Source: Eledone cirrhosa (Eukaryota). Taken from it: a stretch of 64,000 nucleotides of DNA. The position numbers were made by a program, and so were the translations under genes. Each line of letters begins with the position of its first letter. Position 1 is the stretch's first letter. The stretch spans positions 6,076,001-6,140,000 of the forward strand of contig OZ024755.1 in NCBI GenBank assembly GCA_964016885.1, given 5' to 3'. Shown here one piece after another: positions 56,307 to 64,000 of this stretch. The notes beneath the pieces were generated by a model. It did no database searches. It had not been told where the DNA came from and worked only from the letters and a program-made list of their open reading frames with translations.

Positions 56307-56856
56307 GTTTTAGGGTTTTTATGAAAGGACTGGAGTCAGCTATCTCTCAATAACCAAAGAAGCATATTTTGAGACGAATTCTCTAAAGAGATCTGTATAA
56401 GTGTGAACTGTCAACTTGGTTTCGTTTTTCATTTATTAAACGAGTGTTGCCGATTATATTTAATTCATTGTTTGCACAAATTATGCAAATCTATGATCAA
56501 CATTGTTTGTGACATATAATTTATATTTAATTAGTTGTATAAAATACTTATGTAAATTTACCGTATAAGCTGTTTATTTGTAGCTCTAGTGTAATAAAAT
56601 ATTTTTGATGTGTTTTTTATCTCGTAGCGTTGATCAAGCGGACCTATGATGACAAACGTTCTCGTCGTCTGATTTATAATTAATTTGCAATATATTAATA
56701 AATATAATACGTGAGTAGTTTTATTATATAGCTGTTTGTTTATAGATTTTTTGTAAAAATAAAACAGCGTTGTTTGGATTTTGATATTGCTGTTTAGGCC
56801 ATGGTTAACACATTAACAAAGTCTATCCAGTAGTAGTCGCTTTATCCCTTTCTGTC

Positions 56857-57062
56857 TAACCCTTTAGCATTTAAACCGGCCATATCCGGCCAGAATTCTC
56901 TCACCTCATTCTATTTAAGCCGGCTGTAACTAGCTGCTCATACTGAGGTTAAGGTATTGTTCTCAAAATAAATAATATCCAAATCTCATAGATATTATGT
57001 GAGATAATTATGTGAAATAACGTGTTTACCATGAAAATATAATAGTAAATATAAAGGGTTAA
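56857..57062. mobile_element. TTAA-type (piggyBac-like) MITE, about 205 bp
   Basis: TIRs TAACCCTTTA / TAAAGGGTTAA. Confidence 0.65.
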
Positions 57063-57370
57063 GGGATCCAAGTCACAAATATATCGATATTAAGTTGGTG
57101 TAGTGTGATATGAGGAAGGAAGATGTGGCTGCTATTTGTTTTCCATAATATAAAATTACACAAGTGTAACTCATAAAGTTGTAAACGGTATATTGGAATA
57201 CATTGACACGTGCTTATTTTCTCGATCATGGAAGACAGTAACAGGATTTGAAGTAAAGAAACTAAATACCACAAGATATTTGGTAGGATGCTCTACCGAT
57301 TCTACCTATCCAGCACCAACTCGTCGTCACACTTAATATTACCAAGATCATGTACAGGAATGAGAAATCA

Positions 57371-57547
57371 TAATTGTTTCTACTTTTGGTACAATGCCAG
57401 CAATTAACACAGTGTATTACTGGTACTTTATTTTATCGACCCCCTACTGATGAAAGGCCAAGTTAACCTCGACGGGATTTGAACACAGACCGTAAAGGGA
57501 CGTAACTATGCTGGAAAGCATGGCGTCCGACCGTCTACCTATACTGA
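57371..57547 (-). mobile_element. SINE family A
   Basis: Near full-length match. Confidence 0.9.
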
Positions 57548-57939
57548 ATGATATCTTGCTTTAAGAATCGTCTGTATCTTCCTGTAGCTTAATAACTAAC
57601 TTTCTTTGGATGTAGTATTCTCTGGAGGCAGGGATGGTTCAGTGCATAAGCTAGATTTTCAATATATATATATATTGCACACACACACAGACACACGTAT
57701 CTATGTAGGTAGCTGAATAAATAGTTGTTTTTCTGTCAATGTGTGTATAGTTACAGTCATATCCAAATATTTAATAAACATGTATAGAAATAGTTGTATT
57801 GAAATTAATCCCCCGTGGTGAGAATGTTATACACTTAATAGCTTATCATGATGATCAAACGGTTTTCACGTACATACGACACATCACAGTACACACATCT
57901 CTCTCTCTTCCAAGTTACCAATATATAAAAGCAGATATA

Positions 57940-58231
57940 TTCTTCTTAAAATGTAAGTATAATTGTTTATATATATACACTTCTTAAAATGTAAGTATAA
58001 TTATATATATATATACACTTCTTAAAATGTAAGTATAATTATATATATATATATATACACTTCTTAAAATGTAAGTATAATTGTTTATATATATACACTT
58101 CTTAAAATGTAAGTATAATTGTTTATATATATATACACTTCTTAAAATGTAAGTATAATTATATATATATATACACTTCTTAAAATGTAAGTATAATTAT
58201 ATATATATATACACTTCTTAAAATGTAAGTA

Positions 58232-58268
<37 letters not shown>
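57940..58268. repeat. About 38-bp minisatellite CTTCTTAAAATGTAAGTATAATT(GTTT)(AT)nACA, 8 units
   Basis: Directly visible. Confidence 0.95.
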
Positions 58269-58272
<4 letters not shown>

Positions 58273-58502
58273 AAATGTGTGAAATCCTTGGTACAGTTAG
58301 TTATATTTGAAAAAAAAGGAAACAATTTAATTTTATATTATAATTTTACAGTTTTGTTTTGTAGATCCAGTTCTACAATATTATAAGATTAAATTGTTTA
58401 GAACTACACGTGAAGTCATTCGTTTCCTCTTTTCAAATATATATATATTACTCTTTTACTCTTTTACCTGTTTCAGCCATCCGGCTGAGGCCATGCTGGG
58501 GC

Positions 58503-58671
58503 ATATATCCTGAGTAATTTCGGGGGCTAACTACATTCAACAAATGGTAGTTAATACATTAGTAGAGTGTAAGCATGAGTATTTAACATAGAAATAACTT
58601 CAACAGGACTAGAACTGTTTCATTCATATTAAACAGTTGGAGTCCTGCAGAAGCCATTTGTATATTAAATA
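58503..58671 (+). mobile_element. Family H2, folded-back copy
   Basis: Hairpin 58580-58671 in which CUGAUGA is replaced by the reverse complement of GAAA-stem III. Confidence 0.7.
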
Positions 58672-58861
58672 ATTATTTCTACTTTTGGCACAAGGCAGAG
58701 CAATTACCCAGTGCATTACTGGTACTTTATTTTATCGAACCCCGTAAGGATGAAAGGCAAAGTTAACCTCGGCGGGAACTGAACTCAGAATGTAAAGGCA
58801 CGTAACTATGCTAGAAAGCATGGCGTCCAACCCTCTACCGATACTGCCAATTCACCGCCCT
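58669..58861 (-). mobile_element. SINE family A
   Basis: Full length, TSD ATTTGTATATTAAATA (58656-58671, 58865-58880). Confidence 0.9.
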
Positions 58862-58888
58862 TGTATTTGTATATTAAATATAAATATA

Positions 58889-58921
<33 letters not shown>

Positions 58922-59119
58922 GAGGTGGTGTAGGCATGTGTGTCTGTGTGCATGTCATTGTGTGTACATAAAACATTACACAAATATGCAAAGATAGAAG
59001 TGCATTTTGCATATAGACAAGACGACATGTATTTCTGTTCCCCCCAATCATATTATATATATAAACATGAGAAATGAAGTAAAAATGACTCCAGAAAACA
59101 CACAGGAGTTGGTACTCAC

Positions 59120-59194
59120 CTCTCCACGAAAAACGTACGCTATTATTCCTCCAATCATCAAGACAATCAACATCAAAAGGAGCAACGCAAAAAA
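59120..59194 (-). CDS. Tetraspanin, internal exon encoding TM3 and the start of the large extracellular loop (FFALLLLMLIVLMIGGIIAYVFRGE)
   Basis: Minus strand: ttattgtatttttcag|TTTTTTGCG...CGTGGAGAG|gtgagt. 75 nt, phase 0/0, open frame, hydrophobic helix ending GIIAYVFR. Size, phase and sequence match the conserved tetraspanin TM3 exon. Confidence 0.9.
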
Positions 59195-59233
59195 CTGAAA
59201 AATACAATAATAAAAGACATTTTAATGTATTAT

Positions 59234-59580
59234 ATAGTACAGGGGAAATAGTAGTGTAGTTGAGTTAGTACACAGTACAGAGGAAATAGTAGTGTAGGTG
59301 AGTTAGTACATAGTACAGGGGAAATAGTAGTGTAGTTGAGTTAGTACACAGTACAGAGGAAATAGTAGTGTAGGTGAGTTAGTACATAGTACAGGGGAAA
59401 TAGTAGTGTAGGTGAGTTAGTACATAGTACAGGGGAAATAGTAGTGTAGGTGAGTTTATATATATATATATATATAAATATATATATATAGTACAGGGGA
59501 AATTGTAGTAGAGATCTGTTAGTATATGGTAGAGGAGAAATAGTAGTGTAGTTGATTTAGAATATAGTATAGGGGAAAAG
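59234..59580. repeat. 38-bp minisatellite (ATAGTACAGGGGAAATAGTAGTGTAGKTGAGTTAGTAC), about 6 clean plus degenerate units
   Basis: Directly visible. The minus strand carries TACTAAC in each clean unit. Confidence 0.95.
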
Positions 59581-60796
59581 TTAGTGATACGATATATATG
59601 ATAGAGCGGAAAAATTAATGGAAATTATTCAATAAATGTTATACTAGAATATATGGTATAGTAGAAATATGTTGATTAAACACTTGAATCCTCATTGTTG
59701 AAACTGGCGGAGCAGGTGGAACCACGACAACGACCACCACTACCACCAATACCACCATCATGAAAATTTTAAAGAAATGAAGTGAATCTTTAAATAAACA
59801 ATAAAATATTTTTAATCAACAGCTACGAAATTTAGGAGATAAATTATGTAATATTCATTCATTATTTATTCAAAGTAATCCAACTTATTTTACTAATAGG
59901 ATAAAAAATTATAAACCGTACGCAGTCCCGCATTCATTACTTTATTATAGTTTAGATATTGTGTATATACTAATGGATATCCTTTCCTATCAAAGTATAT
60001 ACATCTGAAATACAGATATCGGTAGCAAACTGTTTTTATTTAGATTATCGCTCTTGGCTGATATTAAGAAGTTCCCAAACTTTACTCCATATCTGTGTGT
60101 TTATATTTCAAAGTCGAAAGGGAAAACCCACGTTGTTCTCTATGTCGGTTAATTTACAACAGCATCAACACTTCCTTCTCATGAACACTTCATCATGACC
60201 ATCCTCATTACCACCACCACCACTATCATCATCTCCACCATCATCATGACTGTGAACATCATCACTATGACCACCACCACCATCAACACCAGGACCACCA
60301 CCGCCATCACCACCACCATCATCCCCGCCACCACCACCATCCCCACGACCGTGTATATCTTCACTATGACCACCACCAACAACACCACCAGGACCACCAC
60401 CACCACCATCATCTCCACCACCACCACCATCAACACCAGGACCACCACCATCATCTCCATTACCATCTTCACTATGATCACCACCGCCACCATCACCACT
60501 ATGACCACCACCATCATCAATATCATCGTTTTTATTGTCGTTTCTCTGCCATCAATAAATCCGCTCAAGTACAGGATCTTCTTACTTCTGAGTTCACTGC
60601 AGTTTGGCTGCCAAGATTTTAAGTAGGCGACCGAGAAGATGGTGAAAATCTTCTTTCGTCAGATTAAACTCGAAAATTGTTTAACCAGTATAGGCAGCAA
60701 GGATTTTTGACAATGATAATGGCAAAAATATAATAAATAATTAAATTGTAGTAATTTATAGTCTTATAATCGTTTATAGAATGTTTACATCTAGTC

Positions 60797-60827
<31 letters not shown>

Positions 60828-60829
60828 TT

Positions 60830-61016
60830 AGTAATAATAACAAATGCGAAGACTAAAATCCAAAGAGGGCTCGATAAGGATAAATATATATCAAATATAT
60901 AAGAACCATAGAGCAAATATTTATTGAAATAACAGATTGAAGTTTAAGCAAAGCATCGCTGCTTTCACCCTTAACGGATTCTTCAGAGTTTCAGAACATC
61001 CCGTTAAGGGTGAAAG
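60830..61016. mobile_element. Hammerhead-bearing element family H5
   Basis: Matches 26012-26120 (reverse complement). Contains a hammerhead core and a 16-bp inverted repeat (60962-60977/61001-61016). Confidence 0.65.
60947..60990 (-). ncRNA. Hammerhead core with stems II and III intact, stem I disrupted
   Basis: CUGAAGA-AUCC(guuaa)GGGU-GAAA-GCA(gcga)UGC-UU. Confidence 0.55.
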
Positions 61017-61849
61017 GAAAGCAACGATTTCAACGTGAAATAAAGTGTCTTGTTCAAGGACATAACGCATCGCCTAGGCCAGGAACTCACAATCTTACGG
61101 TTACGAATCCAATTATATATATATATACACACACACACGCAGTATATATATATAACACATACACCCACACACATATAGTTTGTTGCCAAATCAATCTTTT
61201 TCTGATTTACCTTGCTCTTAGATCCAACAAACTCAATTTCAACTTTGCTTCTTCTGAAAACATCGCGCGCGCGCGTGTGTGTGTACAAGTGGTTGTATGT
61301 GTGTGTGTGTGTGTGTGTGTATACAAGTGCTTGTGCGTATGTGTATGTCTGTATGTGTGTACAAGTGTGTGCGTGTGTGTATTTGTAGTATGTGCTTGTG
61401 TACTGTGTGTCTGTATGTATGTACAAGTGCCTGTGTGTGTGTATGTGCGTGTATGTATATGTGTGTGTAGCTGTTTAGTCTACATTTCATCTTATCACGC
61501 ACACATCCAACCAATCTGACATCGGGTGGCCATCTTGTACGGCCAACAGATAATCGCAATATCTTGTCTAAAGATTTATGTAGCTTTATTCATTTTTTTT
61601 AAAAACATCTTTCTATTTTTTCTTTTTTCTTTTAGAATTTTTCATTTACCTTTAGTACTATTGATTTTACTCCCGTTTATCGATCTTTCAAAAGTCGAGT
61701 CATTATCTGTGTTCGTGATTCAGAGAAGGAACACGCCAAGATAACTTCAAGGTGAATCTGACAAAGTCACATCAAGTCCGTTTATCAAAGTAGGTGGAAT
61801 TTTAGTTGCAAACGGCGACCTTGTTTTTTCCCCGATTATTTTTGGTCGT

Positions 61850-62895
61850 CATAATCATCGTCATCATCGGCATCGGCATCGGCATCATCATTCTAATTCT
61901 TATCATCGTCATCATCATCGTCATTATCATCGTCATTATCATCACCATTGTCTTCCTTATAATCGTCATCATCATCGTCATTATCATCATCATTATCATC
62001 ACCATTGTCTTCCTTATCATCATCATCCTCATCGTCACAAGATATGTCGGAAATGTCATCGTAGCCATCATCATCATCATCATGGTTATCATCGCAGGCC
62101 TTATCATTGACACCATCATCACCACCACCAACATCATCACATAAACCGTTATCTTTCTTTTTCTTTCTTTAAAAATACTGAAGTTAAGACTGATTGGTCA
62201 GTGAACGGTTTGTGTGCAGAGATAAAGGTGTCGCTGGTGATAGTACTAGTATTGGTGGTGGTGGTCATAGTGGTGGTAGTAGTATTGGTGGTGGTGTTAG
62301 TAGTATTGGTGGTCGTGGTTGGTATTGCTGTACGGGGACTGAGGAGGGGGGAAGCTGGGAAACTAGGATTGGACGCTATGTTGGCAATAGACGATAAGTG
62401 GAAATTCTTGGCAGTAGCAGAAATAACGGAGGAAGAAAAGACATAACGAGGGAATAAAACATCAAAAATCCCCACCACACAATCATCACCACCGCCACCA
62501 GCAACACAATCCCCACCAGCACCGCCACCACTCACCACCACCATCACCACATTCAACATCATCACCAGCACCACCACAATCACCATCAACATCACTCACC
62601 ACCACCCTCGCAATCACCACCAACAACCACCACCCTCGCAATCACCACCACTACTACCATCATCACCACCGCCACAATCAACGCCCAGCACCACCACCAC
62701 CACCACCATCAGCACCACTCACCACATTCAACATCATCACCACTCACCACCACAATCACCACCACCACCACCACCACCACTACTACCCACATTCAACAGC
62801 ATCACCAGCACCAACACCAGCCCCACCACAATCACCACCATCATCACCAGCACCACCATCCTCACAACCACCACCAACAACCACCACTAACACCA
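61850..62895. repeat. (ATC)n, (GGT)n and (CAC)n trinucleotide low-complexity blocks (also 60190-60530, 27915-28160, 37520-37770)
   Basis: Directly visible. Confidence 0.9.
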
Positions 62896-63137
62896 CGTTT
62901 AAACTTCAGCATGCAGTTTACCTCAAAGACAACCCAGGATAAAAAACCAGTTGAGTAATGGTATATTATGAAGGATATACTTAATCATCAAAAACTGTTA
63001 ACAATACTTATCAAACAAGATCTTACACCACATAGACGTTGGATATTACATAGACCACTGGTCAATGTAACACCAATATATAAATATCAGATACGTTAAT
63101 CGATAGATAGATAGATAGGTAGGTAGATAGATAGATA

Positions 63138-63315
63138 TGTTTCTTTATTAGCCACAGGGGCACAAAAGAAGGGGACAAATACAAAGGGGGAAGTTTACAT
63201 ACAATAAAAACGTAAAATATTATCACAAATGCAATTTAAAAATTAATCGATTTTCCCCAATAGGGGGAGACATTACATATGGGTAACACATACCCCCACC
63301 CCCCGAAAAAAAAAT
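63138..63315 (-). mobile_element. Probable LINE (L1/Tx1-like) 3' UTR inserted at a (GATA)n microsatellite
   Basis: Minus strand ends TGTGGCTAATAAAGAAAC directly before (TATC)n. Family assignment is from recollection only. Confidence 0.4.
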
Positions 63316-63898
63316 GTGCAACTCTCATCTCCAGGAGTACGAAGAGATAGATAGGAAGGAAGATATATAGATATGTAGATAGAAAGAGAGATCGATAGAT
63401 AGATAGGTAGATAGAAAGAGAGATCGATAGATAGATATGTAGGTTGATAGATAGATAGATGACCTATAGATAGACAGGTAGATATAAGTAGATAGACAGG
63501 TAGATATAAGTAGATAGATATAGACAAACAGGTAGGTAGATAGATAGATATAGATAGATAGACTAACATACCAGAGCATACAGAGAGAGAGAGAGAGAGA
63601 GAGAGGAGGGGGGGGGGAGAAAGAGAGCGAGAAACGTGCACAAGAAAGTGAAAGGAACGAAGAGAGAATATACAAGAGAGGTAGTGTAAACCTCCAAGTG
63701 TAGATTAGAAAACTAATTACATTATGTTAGTAATTTGTTTACTCGCTTCAACCATTTGACTGCAGCCTTGGCGGGACACCACCTTAAGGGGATTTTAGTC
63801 AACAATATACACATAACTACTTATATTTCAAATATGTTACTGCTTGTCGAATCATAAGCACAGACACAAACGGATAGACATCAACCTCACATACATAC

Positions 63899-64000
63899 AT
63901 GGTGGCTGCCAACTCGTTTTCGAGTACGGTCACTACTTTATATCCATGTAGGAGACCCCTACCGATTCGCTGAACGAGTGTAACTTTTTAGTCCAGCCAG
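63899..64000 (-). mobile_element. 3' end of the RTE-derived element, cut by the window edge
   Basis: Near-identical to 54328-54430. Confidence 0.8.

Noticed and set aside
57940-58268. CRISPR-like repeat-spacer appearance (also 4184-4710, 41750-42175)
   Set aside because: The spacers are microsatellite, not unique. Eukaryotic context with no cas genes.
58806-59207. 133-aa minus-strand ORF over the TM3 exon
   Set aside because: Wrong frame. It runs through the splice sites into intron and SINE.
62201-62446. ORF with hydrophobic N-terminus and complex C-terminal tail
   Set aside because: The hydrophobic part is a (GGT/AGT)n translation, with a non-ATG start and no recognisable domain.

Overview
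AT-rich, microsatellite-dense animal DNA. The repeat repertoire looks octopod cephalopod (inference from recalled octopus tRNA-/CORE-SINE and MITE sequences). The only protein-coding sequence I can support is two minus-strand exons of a tetraspanin, neither shown in the correct frame in the ORF track. They are a 75-nt TM3 exon (59120-59194) and a 99-nt large-extracellular-loop exon (5148-5246), both phase 0/0 and separated by a 53,873-nt intron. The other listed ORFs are microsatellite or repeat artefacts. The introns hold about 20 copies of a young tRNA-derived SINE, CORE-type SINEs, LINE relics (RTE, R4/Dong-like, CR1-like), TTAA MITEs and several minisatellites. The most interesting signal is at least five unrelated families of short (about 130-260 bp) non-coding elements, mostly embedded in (TA)n tracts. 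They carry hammerhead-ribozyme motifs (whole, point-mutated, or folded back into palindromes exactly at the ribozyme helices). Four of the families share a covarying bulged hairpin. They look like non-autonomous Penelope-like/retrozyme elements. A minisatellite also supplies five TACTAAC branch-point motifs in an AG-free zone just upstream of the TM3 exon. All alignments and folds were done by eye, and repeat boundaries are approximate.
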